A stretch of DNA of 64,000 nt, taken from contig OZ316894.1 of the NCBI GenBank assembly GCA_973895155.1, forward strand, positions 1,440,357 to 1,504,356. The letters run 5' to 3'. Position 1 is the stretch's first letter. Each line of letters starts with the position of its first letter. Source of the DNA: Marsupella aquatica. Lineage: Eukaryota > Plantae > Marchantiophyta. A program made the position numbers and the translations under genes. Positions 51,166 to 64,000 of this stretch are shown here, piece after piece. The notes below the pieces were generated by a model that searched no databases, was not told where the DNA came from, and worked only from the letters and a program-made list of their open reading frames with translations.

Positions 51166-53311
51166 TCCTCGGATTCAGTGATATTATTGTTAGGGATTTT
51201 GCCACAGATGTCACAATTTCAAATCCATGAACCACTATTTTAGCAGGACTAGTCACATCAATTCTAACAAGCAACCATGTAACCCTGTTGATGGCCCTTT
51301 TGTAAAGCATAAATAACATTTTCAAGGCAAAATCTACAAGTTGTGAGAGAAATCAGGGAGTCAGTATAGGTAACCTATGGGCTGGAGAGTGTTGTGGGGT
51401 GTAATCCCTGAGAGGGTTACAGACATGACCCCATATAGCCCCTGGGTTACCTAGCATATGAACACTACTTGTGAGTCTTCCCTACTGAACCTTGCTTGGG
51501 AGGAATTGTGGGTTTGATCTGTGCCATTGAAATGCAGAGAGTCCAATCAGGGATTGAATCTTCGAGGCTGGAGAGAGGGTTATGAGTTATGAGTTATGAG
51601 TTATGACCCATAGTATTCAGTGAAAATACAAAAGAATACTCATGAGGAGGGTTTATGTTCACCTCTTTCCCAGCCTGATGGCGCCACTGTACTGGCATTC
51701 AAACTCTTTGCCACCCTAAACCTTAGCCTCCTCAAGAATCTTGTAAATCTCAAACATGTAAGTGCATGATAGCTTGGAGAGTTTATCTGGCTTCATTGGT
51801 GTTTCTCTGCTTGCCTGGCCATCCTAAGTCAAGCTATGGAAACCTGCAGAGTAGAGTCTCGATCAATGTCTTTCGTTTGTTTTGGGAGACTCACAATTCT
51901 TTCCACAAGTCTGATAATGGAAGCACTGATCTCATGAATCTACTTGCCCATCAAAGCTTTAGGGGCACTTTATATAACTGGGGAGGCAAGAGTTTGGGGG
52001 AGTTTATTTGAGTCCTTATACTGATATCATCTGCAGCAGCATTTCTCTTTCAAAACTAGGGAGATACTTTAGGGTTTGGGACGCCGAATCCTATGTGGGA
52101 TTAGGTAGGATTCATGCTTCTTTAAGCATACAAGGGGAAAACTGTGTGTCAAAAGATTGGTACAGGAAATAGCATCTCACTCATAGAAAGAAAGAAAAAA
52201 GGAATTGCTACCCCCAAGTTCTTGTAAAGCCACCCTAAAATTTTGGACAAAACCAGCTCCAGGTTTGCAAAAGTTGGGCCCACTCAAGTCCATGTAGGAC
52301 CCACAGGATGAATGAAGAAACTGCCCCCAATGTCTTGTAAGGCCATCCTTAGTTCAGTCAACTTGTGATCAAAGTGCTCTTCGGCCACGGGCCTGATAAT
52401 ATTACTGTTAAAATGCCACTATCTTGAATCATAGCTGTCAAGTGTGGCCTGACAAACAGTGGCATAAAATAGTGGCAATGTAACAATTATTAGCATCTTA
52501 TAATTTCAATGTAAGTGCACCTCCAAATCCATTACTTCTTTGTTATTACTAAAGAAAATTATCTTACTTGTCCAAAATGTCTTGTCAAGAATCTTGTCCT
52601 CTTTGAATGAGCAAGCCCCCACCCCCCTCCCGCACATGCTATCATCTGGCCTGACTGGCCTAAACATGACACCAAAAAACTGCAAACTGTGTCATCGAGA
52701 GCTTTAGCAACCAGCAAAAACAGACCCAATTCCCCAAATATGTCCCTAGTTGAAAAGGATCACAAATCCAGTCAGTGGGTGTCTTACCGCTTTGGTGGGA
52801 TCCCAAAACTTGGTCCTGAGTCCCAGGGTAGGGTAGTCTAAGTAAATATGACCATACATTTGAATATGCAAGGAAGTACACCCTCATTTCCTTAAACCAC
52901 AATTGCACCAATAAAGAGCTACAGGTTATCGTAGCTCTCATTATAAAGTATATAGGTTCATTTTTCAGCGTGAACAGGCTTGAGTCCCACAAACTGTGAT
53001 CAGTAAGGTGAGGAGTGCTCCACCTTTTGTGAGTAAATATTGACCTAAATGAGTAGTGAGTGAGAAAATGGGGCTTATATATGGGCATGTGTGGTTCATT
53101 CCTAGACTTTGGTCACAACTCTGGTATATTTACAGTAGATTAGAGGTCTTTGGTCATGAACCTGCTTTATTTATTACAGTAGATTATCTTTTAAGCCTTC
53201 ACTTTGGATTTGCTAAAGTGAGCTCTTAGATCGCATATTGTACGGTAGTAGAATACGTTATGTACGTACAGTACATTACTGTACAAGACTACGGTATAGT
53301 GCCTCCACACA

Positions 53312-53328
53312 GAGCCCTAACCCTAATC
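53312..53328 (+). promoter_or_regulatory. Telo-box-like element upstream of eIF3K
   Basis: GCCCTAACCCTAATC lies about 200 bp upstream of the ATG. Telo-boxes (AAACCCTA) are established near the start sites of plant translation-machinery genes. There is one mismatch to consensus. Confidence 0.5.
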
Positions 53329-53526
53329 CGTGAGAGGGGTTCTTTCTGATAGAGCTCCATCGTCGTCCCAAAACCTACCGAAGCACAACTCATCGCGGAG
53401 GAATCGACGAGAAGCATCGAAGGCGAAGAAGAGCAGATTTGATCAATTGCACGAAAAGGAGTGGGAAGAACGGTGTCGAGGAAGGTGTGTTTTTTGCTGT
53501 TCTTTACCACGAAAAGTTGAGGAAAA

Positions 53527-56500
53527 ATGCCGGGAATGCAGCAGCAACAACAAGCCCCGATCACGGTGGAACAATTGGTTCAGCTGAACCCTTACAACCC
53601 CGACATCTTGCCGGAACTCGAAAGCTATGTGCAGGAACAGGTCGGTGGGATCTCCCTTTTCCTCCCTATTGCGCTTGTGAATCTGCCTTCTACTTTGTTC
53701 GAGTGGCGAACGCGCGTTGTCAATGGTTTCCGTAGCGAATGGTCTATGTGCAATTCACAAAACCTCCCGATGCCACAGCAACAAACCTCTGACAGCGCTG
53801 AATTTGAATTGACGGTCTGTCAAATTAGATCGTCTATGGCACTTATGCTGGAAAACGCAGGACTTTAGGGCTCGATTTCTATTGTACAGTACTTCTAAGC
53901 AGGTTTGATGCACACTCAACTCAACCAAAACACTCTAATAGGACGACGAAACACCCTACATCGCAATACTTCGACCCTGCGGGGGCTTTCCGCTTTCTGT
54001 TCGAACACACTTATTTGGGTGTGCAAAAACACGAAAGAAAGCATGATGCCGCGGCATTAATTAACTGGACGAGACTTTTGCACCGAGGCTGTCTCGACTG
54101 AATCTTTTTGCAATTATCTCTACGATTGACTTTGTGCTAAGGAGTGTCCTACGTGTACTCAATTCATTAGTATTGTAGAGTTCCCCTGGTACACTAGTCT
54201 CCTCGCTGCTCATATTGCTGTGATTCGGAGGTAATAGCCTTCCTGTCTCATCTCGAGTCGATGTTTCTAGAGGAAATGCGCCTTCTATCCTCACCCCTTG
54301 CAGAAAGAAAATATATGTTATCCACAAGAAATGAAGAACTGAAGCAGGGAATTTGATATCAGATATCCTCAAGGGAGCTGCCACTAGAGGCTAAATGCAT
54401 TGAGTCATTCATTCTCTCAGCGGCAAAGTTCGATATGAATCCTTCTGGAGTTTTCGTCAATCTAAATCCTTCGGCTTACTGTAGTGGTCCCCTGAGGATA
54501 TTTTTCTAGGAAATTTCGACAGAGATTGTGAAATTGTCGAAAGTGAAATTGTGATGCTGAGAGGAATCTCGCGATGTTTGGTTTGCTGACATTGTCGTAG
54601 CTGCATTTTTGTTATTCCCTCGAGACTCACCCTAATCAGCTTTAGAAAATTTCTTGGGGTCTTTCGCCATCTGTCTAAATTCCCCACAGCTCTTGTTTGA
54701 TGGCCATCGACAGCTCTGCTGCGACTCCTAACTTCCCGTCTGAATTGCTTTAGAAGTTTCACCGATTGAGCCGTGACTAAATAATTCGAATTTCCTGGGT
54801 AACCGGCTATCCCCATATAAATCGTAATGAGCTGACCATATATCTTAGGGTCTCTTGGCTAACCCGGCTAATTCATTTCCAAAACATCTCGCCGAGTGCA
54901 CTGTCGATATACTGTAAGGGTCCTTCCCATTTTAGTCCTATATGAATTTTTCGTCTCGAGGGCTCGAGCTCTTCTTGTGTAGCTCCTCCGATCGGTTTTC
55001 ACGATAAACACAAGAGAAAGCGGTCCTTGCATCACTGGCGGCAGACAAACCGTTTCACAAAGTTTCTGAAAGATTGGTAAGAAGGGTTATCTGTGGTGTT
55101 CGGTATAATTAGTCGCCAGCAACGAGCTGCCTGATGAATCTATTTCCTGTGCATGATTCAGGTGGTCCAGCAGACGTACAGTCTGGATGCAAACCTTTGC
55201 TTGCTGCGTCTTTATCAGGTATGTGGGTTAGGAGTCCAATTGTGAAATTGCCCTGTTGCCATATGTGGCAGACAGGCCTGAAGTTTGAGGAGAAAGGGTG
55301 TATATAGTCTGGATTGTGGAAATTCAGTGTGAAGCGTAGTGATTTCGTTCTATCTTTTGGATAATGACCAAGTGTTTGTTGAGTGGCACAGTTCGAGCCT
55401 GCCCGCTTGAATGTTCTCGTCATCACAAGGATCTTGGTCAAGGTGCGTAAATATGAAAATATATTGTTCATTGCAATGTCAAGCAATTTAATCGAGTATT
55501 GGGCTAATTTCGTTCACCTTAGCCAAGTACACGTTGACTTTGATGCCATCAGTCTTGATAAATGTAGTAAAGGATACCTGTGTTGTATTAATGTGGTGCT
55601 CTCAAAAATATTATTCTAAGCTCTCATAATTGTTAAAAATTCTAGTCCTCCGATCTTGTGGAATTTGTCTCTTTTTCCAGGCATTAATGGCTCTCCCAGC
55701 TCCGGACTTCAACCTCTGCATGTTCCTTGTTCCTGAGAAACTTGTATCCTTTTCAGTTTCAATCTGTCACAGTTTTTCTGTACAGTTGATGTACCCGGAA
55801 TTCTTTATTTTGAAAGTAATTTATTATACATTGCTGTATTCTACAGTACCGATTGATGCATCCCAATTAACCTGTAACAGCGCACTTGCCGCTTGACAAG
55901 TATTTCCATGCTTCTCACTGCTGACCATTTGGTCTTTTTTTTACTCTGGAAAGTCTTTGTATAAAGTTGGTGCTGTGGCCTCAATTGGCTTAAACTAGCG
56001 CATTGAGGCATACCATCAGGCATTCTCTGAAAAGTATCCTTGACTGAGCTGTAATCAGCAAGTGGAAGAGCCATTCTTAACGCTGGCCACTCTGGCACAT
56101 TTCTTGGAGGTAACGTCACATTCCACCTGTTTTTTCATCTTTTGTCATCAATCATTGCGGCGACTTTCAGGAATGATCTAATCCTGCATGACTGAAGGGT
56201 GTTGTATCTGATCACTCCGTTCAAGTTTTGCTTTCGTTGGAAAGGGTGTGATCAGCTTTGGACATTTCTGTCGTGCAGACAGCACGATTTCGTGAGTTCT
56301 GGGACGAGGCAAACAGAAACCGTGACATCTTAGAGGTGGTGCCTGGTGAGATATGCTTTTCGTTTTACCTTAAGTTGTATTTAGTAGTGAGAAATGCGCG
56401 GCATTTTACGTCAAGTTCTATTTGGTATGTACCGATTGTAGTTCTATTTGGGATCATGATATGCTTAGGTGGTAACAGAAGTCACTATGTTCAGAGCATT

Positions 56501-57650
56501 AGAAGCACGTCCTGAACCTGTGTAGTCCTTTCGGAGGTATTGTATCACGGGAAAAAGTCAAACCAGAGAGTAAATCGTACGAAGCTTGTGGATGGAATGT
56601 AGTTATTACAGATGAAGTAATCCTGGTTCGGAATGTTGGTACTTGCAGGATTCGAACAAGCAATTCAAAATTATGCCATCCATGTCTTGTCATTGACATA
56701 CCAAAAGCTGCCCCGCCAGATCCTCGCTGAGGTAAATTTCGGGAAAACTTCTTATGTGATGCCAAGCTTTTAAAATCAGAGAGAACCTCCGTTTGTTCTT
56801 TAGGTCATGAACTTCATTTCTTGAGCTCCAGTGAACATATCACGAGTGTCGTGATTCATTAGGGCATCCTTCATTCATGTCTTGTGGATGCGCAAATGCT
56901 TACGAATCGTATTGATTTCTCACCAGGCTATCAACGTGGAAGGGTTATCTCTTGACAAGTATATTGAGCATCATCAAGCAAACAGTGGATGGTCTGTCCA
57001 AAAAGGAAATGCTGGAGGCCAGGTAACTTGCTCAGATTACGCGGGTTTAATCTATGTTCAAAGTTAAAGGAGCAATTCTAACCCTAAGCGCTTTGCCCCT
57101 GAGGTGCGAGGGCAGGTGATTCAGGTTTTCTCCACTCACATAGGCAATCTCTTTGTTCCTGAAAAGGAGGACCGCGTTAGTGTTACTGCAGTCAGAAAGA
57201 TTCGATTTTCTTATCATGGCATTCAACTTACAAGGCCAGATTATTGCAAAGACAGCCAATCCTCCCGTCCCTCCAGTAAATTAAATTTGCGTTGGTCCTC
57301 TGTATCACCAGAAGCAGCACACTGCCCATGCATATCGTACAAAACTGCAAAAGTCCTAATGTCCTGTATTGTCCATTGACTGTCAGACATTGTTTTTCAC
57401 TATGTAGTTTCTACAATGAAAGTTTCGAGAAATAATGCAATTAAGAGAGTGGTAAATGAAGCCCCAGTAGTCATGTATCGTATGGAGAAACACCCTTGTG
57501 TCAAAAATCATTATTTGACCCATCTGTATGTACGGTTTGCAGTTGGTGGTTTTACCTCCCAATGAAGATAATCACCCTGTCTTGAGGAAGAACGCTGCAG
57601 ACAGCATACCTTTGGAGCTGGTTGGAAAATTATTCCCTGTGCTGCAGTAA
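53527..57650 (+). CDS. EIF3K: Eukaryotic translation initiation factor 3 subunit K (229 aa)
   Basis: Nine exons join in frame with GT-AG boundaries: 53527-53640, 55162-55218, 55392-55442, 55681-55743, 56059-56109, 56279-56345, 56649-56731, 56927-57022 and 57543-57650. Protein: NPYNPDILPELESYVQEQV...YSLDANLCLLRLYQFEP...ILVKALMALPAPDF...TARFREFWDEA...VPGFEQAIQ. Confidence 0.97.
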
Positions 57651-60600
57651 GGTAGCCCTCAATTCGATGATTTTGGTATTGTATTACGATGATAACGTTC
57701 TCCAATTTTGAAGCGGGAATTTCGGACCAATGCCTTGAGAAATTTGTCCGTTGACTAGTGTTGTCGGCTTCTTTGCCAGCATTAAAGAAATGTGTTACAA
57801 ATTTTTGAAGAAAAGATCTCGCTTTTGTAGAATTAGTTTAAACTGGGCTTTTTTTATTTAAGTGTCAGAATTGTAGAACAGATCTTCAGTCACGTAGAGG
57901 CTGGGGAATCAAGTGAATGACAAATTAGATTCTGCATGAGTTTGATGTAGCTCCTAGCAAGGTTAAGGTCCCTTTCGCCGAAGTTAATCGTTCTACGCTT
58001 CTTAACTTCGCTCTCAATCCTGATCTTTATAGCAGCTTGTGTCCTAGAACTCCGTGTTTGGACACAATCACTGTTGGCAAGAAGAGAACATATGTACTCC
58101 CCTTCTATTTGTAGATTTTACTTTCATTGTGTCCACGAAAATGGAAATATTGACTGCAAGAAGTCTCTGGCTCTCTCTTTCGGCCCAGAGACACATCGTC
58201 AACCTCCTTTTGTTCGACATTTCTCTTCAATCTTGTCACCTCTGGATTATTTCTTGCACTACTCGCGGAGGATTTGTTCGTCCAGGTTTGAAGGCTTCGG
58301 GAAACCGAGCGACGCTCAAACAAGGCCCATCTGCAGCCACTACCAGACCTGCCCCATTGACAGTACTTTTCCAAGCAAGACCAAGCACTATGAGACATTG
58401 TCGCAAGTCAGTGGCTTGTCTTGACTTGGTCGCCCACAGATTATCACTAATGGGTAGATGTGCCCACCGCCTAGATTCAGATCTTTTGTTTTTACTTGTG
58501 GGTTGTATGGTAAGCTCATTATTGATTTTACCAATCGACGAATTTGTAGTTGTGGGTTGTATGGTTTGTTCATTTTTACTTGTGGGTGCATGGTTAGTTC
58601 ATCCTAGTGTCGATTGGTAGTGTAGAAACTCTCAAACCAGCAATTCTCACGATCTTTTTCAGCACATGGTAACTGAAGACCGAGATATGGCGCCTTTGAG
58701 GTGAAGCAAATGTGCGTGCGGCATCTTATTAATTGCCCCTGGGCTTTCGTTCAGAAAAGCCAAAAGCCTAGGCTGTAAACTGTAAACTGTGAAGAGGAGT
58801 GTCCTAGCCTTCTCTTACGTGTGAGTGTATTGCAGTGGTTCCTCTGAGGACCATAATGTATAGCTTTCCAGGTTCGACCTATGTATGAAGATGTAACAGA
58901 GTATTGTCATATTGACCTAGGCATGTTAGCGTTCCCGAACGCAAGAAGCACGTCTCCCTTAGAGAAGATCCCTCGCACTGGCCACATTAGATGAAGTTAT
59001 GTGCATTATTAGAGCTCTGAACAAATTTTGGAGGGGATGAATAGCTCTTTGGAGAGCAAAGTCTGAACTTTTTCTAGGATTTTCGGAGTACATGATACCT
59101 GGATGTTTCCTGGCAACATTCCTTCCTATATTAACCTCAGAATTTTCACTCGTAAGCAAAACAGCCTGTAGATTGATACTCTTACAAAGACCATAGAATG
59201 ACACTTTCTTTTGATACCAAGCGAATCGTTCTCTATTGTGTTGTTTAGGCGAGATTGGCAAAGAAGATATACTTTCTTTCTGTTGTAGAATAAAGTGGAG
59301 GAAGAAAGAATGGAAAAGTCATCAGGGTGTGGGCTTGGAGCCTCAGGTCTGTTACGTAACAGTGCATTCATAGTGTCTTTTCCCTTGCTCTTGCTTGATT
59401 TTGCAAGGGTGAAACTAAAGCTTATTTCAAGCCTCCTAAAAACTCTCGGTATGCAGCCTCAAAAAGGTGGTGCCAAAAGGAGTGGATCTACAAAGCAGCC
59501 CAAACCCACCACTTTTCCCAATTCCCCTTTTAACCGACCTCTCTTCTGGTAGGCCTTTCTTTATGCAAAGGCCCACAAAAGTAAAGCACTATGAAGAGTA
59601 ACTCATTTCTCTTTGCCTCGACTCCTAAACTCCCTTATTGCTTGCTGGTGCTCTCCACTTCTGATTCCGGTGGAGGTTCGGGTGCACCCAGAAATTTTAC
59701 TGTCCAATTGTTGGAGTCTTATGATTATACAAAGATCTATAGAGATAAGTGCGAGCTGCATTGCTGCCAGAGGCAGATTAGATGCTACAGGTTGCATGAA
59801 GGCTTGCGATTAGAGGCAGATTACATGCTACAGCCTCGATGCGTCCACAACCTAACTTCATGTCGTCCGAGGTAGTTACTTCAACCGGTATATGACATGG
59901 AGGGCAACCCTTTATTAATTAGTTTTGGAGACACATTAGTAAGTTTGGCCAGTTTTGTTGGATAGGACGGTAAGAAAATGCAAGAAACTCCTCAATTCTT
60001 TTCCCCATATAGTTTGGGGATGTACTTTTTGGGCAATAGAATATCTGCATCTCAATATCCCCTCCCTCAGCCTCCGGTTCTCATGGCAAAGAGGATAATT
60101 GTATGGATCCCAGATCCCTCGCCTCCCTCCTTTTCTTTGGGGCAAGGAGGATATGGTATTTTTGTTTTGTACGCAAAAGGGTATGGACTATACATATTCC
60201 AGATCTTCTCTCCCATTTGTTTTTTTCCAAATTTTTTGTAAGATGGAAGAAAGAGGAAAAAAGAAGAATCTACTAAAAGAGGCCAAACAAAGTACAATGG
60301 AGTAAAAGCAACCAAACTCACAAGAGTAGGGCAAATGCAAACCCCAAGAACCTAAAACGAGGGGGTTTCTTTCCCAGGTCCTCTTTTTGGGGATTGAGGG
60401 AATATATGTAGCTATATCCAACCTCATTGAGTCAAAGGGGCTGGTCCAGTAGAGGTCCAATCCATAGCTAAAGGACGTGTCAATGTTGTTTTGGTGTCCC
60501 ATCGTCATGTTGATGTTGGGTAGGGGATAGAAGGAGAATCATGAGATGGGGAGTGATGCACTTTGTGTGTTCAGTCACCCACACTGTAGTTGGTGAGATT

Positions 60601-61299
60601 GAGTTGAGTAAATTGACGTGAGAAAAGTGGCCCCAGCACTAAAAAGGCCACATGCTCAAGAAGTCAAGAGTGCTATATCAATTATATCTAGTGCTTTTAC
60701 GAGACAGCCCCCATGTGCACATCTGGACGAGAATTCTAGAGTCAGCAACAACGCCATCGCCATCACTTCTACGACTCCCTCTCTTCCACATCCCTCCAGG
60801 TTCCAGCTTAATACTATTATATACCTCCAGAATACACAATTCCAGATTGGGAATGCTTTGAGAAATTAGCTTGGTGGGACCTGTCAGACAAAAACTCGCT
60901 CCATGACGCACTTATGTGCTACTTTTTTGGTGGGTCGCAAGGTTCTTGCGAGCTGCGCATAATGCTTGTAACCAACAGTAAGTGAGTTAGAAGAAGGAGA
61001 GTCCCACCTCAGTGCATTTTTTGCTCCAGAGTCCTCTCACTATTCTTTCCCCAATATCATTTGGGGAGAGTACACAGTATGCTACCACCTTGCACCACAC
61101 AAGAACCTCACACCTTGCCCCAACCCACCAAGAAAGTATTGCAAAAATTTGTCTCGCGAAACTGGGGTTTATCACGTTGGGGCCCACCAAGCAAATGTCT
61201 CAAATTCTTACTTTCCTCCTCATGATTTCCAGAGACTAAGTGCAAAGCCTAGTCAGTGAGAAAAGGTAGCACCTGGCCCACTAGTAGACCTTTGCATGA

Positions 61300-61960
61300 T
61301 ACTATTTCCAGAGTCCAGATAAATTTTGTGGGTCGAAGTGTTGAAGTTTTCAGTCCTTGGCATCACCTTTTTTCTATTTTCATTTTGTATCTGCTGAGCA
61401 TTGCTGAGATTTCCATGGATAGAAGTGACATTTTTTCTAGAGTCCAGATAAATTTCGTTGGTCTAAGTGTTGGAGTTCTCATTTCTTTCCTTAGCATGAC
61501 CTCTTTTCTGCTACTGATGTTGTACTTGCTGAATATTTATGGCATTTCCATGGAGTGAAGTGACACTAGTCCAGATATAATTTTGTGTTTCTAAGCGTTG
61601 GAGTTTTCAATTCTTTACTTGGCATGACCTCTTTTCTATTTTGTACTTGCTGAGCATTTTCTGGGATTTCCATGGAGAGAAATGACACCAGTGCAGATAA
61701 ATCTGTGGGTCCAAGCGTTGGAGTTTTCAAATTCTTTACTTCGCAAGATCTCTTTTTTCTATTTTTCCATTTTGTACTTGCTCGGGTACTTGCTGAGCAC
61801 TTCTGGAATTTCCATGGACAGAAATTACACTTTTTCTAGGGTCCAGATAAATTTTGTGGCGGGTTTTGTGGGTCTAAACGTTGGAGACTTGGAGTTTTCA
61901 ATGCTTTGCTTGGGAATGACCACTTTTGTACTTTGTACGTGCTGAACATTTCTAGGATTT
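61300..61960. repeat. Degenerate tandem array, about 5 copies of a 125-150 bp unit
   Basis: GTCCAGATAAATTTTGTGGGTC..GTTGGAGTTTTC...TGCTGAGCAT..GATTTCCATGGA recurs near 61313, 61442, 61569, 61691 and 61841. Confidence 0.85.
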
Positions 61961-64000
61961 CCCTAGAGAGAAAAAACAATGTGTTGTTGGTACGGTAGTA
62001 CATTAGTGTAGGCCTACCTGTGAAGGAGCCCCATGTGCATAGGCATGTGCCAGCTCTATTGCCATGGCGTGGCCCTCTTAGAGCCTTGGGTAGTGCTTCC
62101 CACGATCTTGGCGATGGGTCGCCCCTAGCCTAGTTGGTCAGCAGCACAAACTCAAAATGCAGCTGGATTGGTGAGAGCATGAAGCGTGATTACGGTGCTC
62201 TTAAAGTACTTTTGGTGTGTGAGTGTGTGGGGCACGATTTAGTTTATTATAATATTTTGTGAAAAAGGGTGCTCAATCTGTCGAACCCACATAGACTTCC
62301 ACTATTCTATGTAGGTATTTCTATATTCAGTTCATATCACTGTTTTTTTTTCTATATCACCCCCAAAATTGAGCAAAAGTATTATGTTTCTCCCTAACCT
62401 ACTTTAATTACTATACTGCCCCTTCGGAGGAATAGGACACCCAGCAGTAACTCAAATAGTTGGAATCTGTGGCTACGATTAATCCATAGTGGCAGCTTGC
62501 TAATCAAAATTTGGTTTTGGGGGTAAACTTAAGAGATTTCTGGGGCATGCTTAGTGGAAAACAGCTATAACTTTTGTGTTACATGTGTGGGTTTTGCTGC
62601 ATCAGAATGCTTAACCATTAGTTGCACAAATTTTGGCTTCCCTCTGGTTTCATTTTTTTTGTAAATTATAATAATAACTAGTGTGCTACATGTGTCATTT
62701 TATTCGCAGTAGGATGTTAAATAGTGAACACAAGTTTGGCTGCATTTTGTTGCTTTTGAGTGTAGCCTAGTACAAGTCTTGGGTTCGAATCCTCATGGCA
62801 CACATCCTCTTTTAACACACACCCAACACAGAGAAGCCCCTTACACTGCAATAAATTCATGAGTGGAAGTGTGTGCGACCAGGCAGGAAGATCTTTGGTA
62901 ATCACACATCAAAATGTGATACCATATAGTGTGCACTCACTGAGTTAAAGAAAATAATAAGTTTTATCATTATATGGAATGATGGAGTACATCATATATA
63001 TATTTTTATTTTATTTTTTTGATGTACAATTATCCCTACCCAATAGGAAGGCTCAAATCTCGTTGAACGTCTAGATTGCCTTTAGTCTTGAATAACAATA
63101 AAGTCATACAGTGTCATCGAAGTGTATTGGATGGAGCTGTAAGTTTGGGTGTCATACAAATTTCATAGCGGGGTAGAGGTCTTGAAACAGGTCAACAACT
63201 TATTCGGAGGACCACATATTAGCGATCAAACTTGCCTAGAGCCGTTAGTGGAATTAATGAAGAGTCACTTTTCAACCTAACTCCCTTTCCAAGATTTGGT
63301 CCTTTTGGGGAGGGAAAAGTAAGGTTTTAACACTTATTGTCAAGTTGTCATAGGAGGGTCCATGAATGTGTTGAGATTCCTATATTTTCCGTTGAGACTG
63401 GAAAAGTGCACAATTGGCCTCATTGTAGGCATTGGCGCGTCCTGAGTGGTTCCAGTGGTGCTAGAGTTGCAAAAAAATTTAGAATCACACTTGGGATGTT
63501 GGTGGTGTCTGGAAATTTTGTAAAAGCTTTGACTCAAGGTGTCGGCAAGGGTAATCTCGGGCACCTCCCTTCTTGTCCACAAACAAAACAAACAAGGTGG
63601 TGGTGCTTAGGGGTCATTTAGAGCCTCAATGATGTTAGTATTTACAGATAGAAAAGGGAGAGTTTGGATGGGAGGAGTCCAAGTGAACTAAAGGTAGTTT
63701 AGCCACTGGGTACACACACACTGCTATGCCAGGAACACATAACTCTTTTATGTTATGGTCATGCCAAAATTGTTGCACCATATGTCCAATTGGGTAATAT
63801 GGGACGGGTAATATGGGACTATGCTCTTCTGGACAAGGTTTATGGCAGGTTCACTTACGTGGTAATTTGGATGTTCGGTGTACGTTACGGGTGTATGCCC
63901 CTACTGTGGGACGTTCCTAAACTTTGTCCCTTTCCGTGCAAAAAAGGATCTAATTTTAGGACCCCCCCCCCTCTCTCTTCCACCCCCAAAAAACCTGTTG

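Noticed and set aside
58054-58620. 188-aa ORF and an overlapping 116-aa ORF downstream of eIF3K
   Set aside because: Neither begins at an ATG, no domain is recognisable, and the 3' part is short repeats. A small orphan exon cannot be excluded.

Overview
This is eukaryotic, intron-containing land-plant nuclear DNA, probably from a non-seed plant such as a bryophyte (inferred from gene content and compact GT-AG introns). Five apparently intact spliced or single-exon genes can be reconstructed: mitochondrial ATP synthase subunit g (2 exons), a single-domain DUF642 gene, a convergent two-domain DUF642 gene (3 exons), a DUF4246-type putative Fe(II)/2-oxoglutarate oxygenase (2 exons) and eIF3K (9 exons). 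The 5' half of a CYP85-clan cytochrome P450 runs off the left edge. The 10-25 kb region holds gene remnants: a microbial/fungal-style SDR C-terminal exon, a germin-like gene with no visible 5' end, a decayed protein kinase and an orphan transcription unit. A complete non-autonomous Mutator-like element with a 9-bp target-site duplication lies at 9298-10194, and there are many local tandem duplications. I saw no rRNA, tRNA or CRISPR array. The best leads are the two candidate horizontally acquired genes (DUF4246, SDR) and the divergent DUF642 pair. Family assignments are from motif recognition, not database searches.
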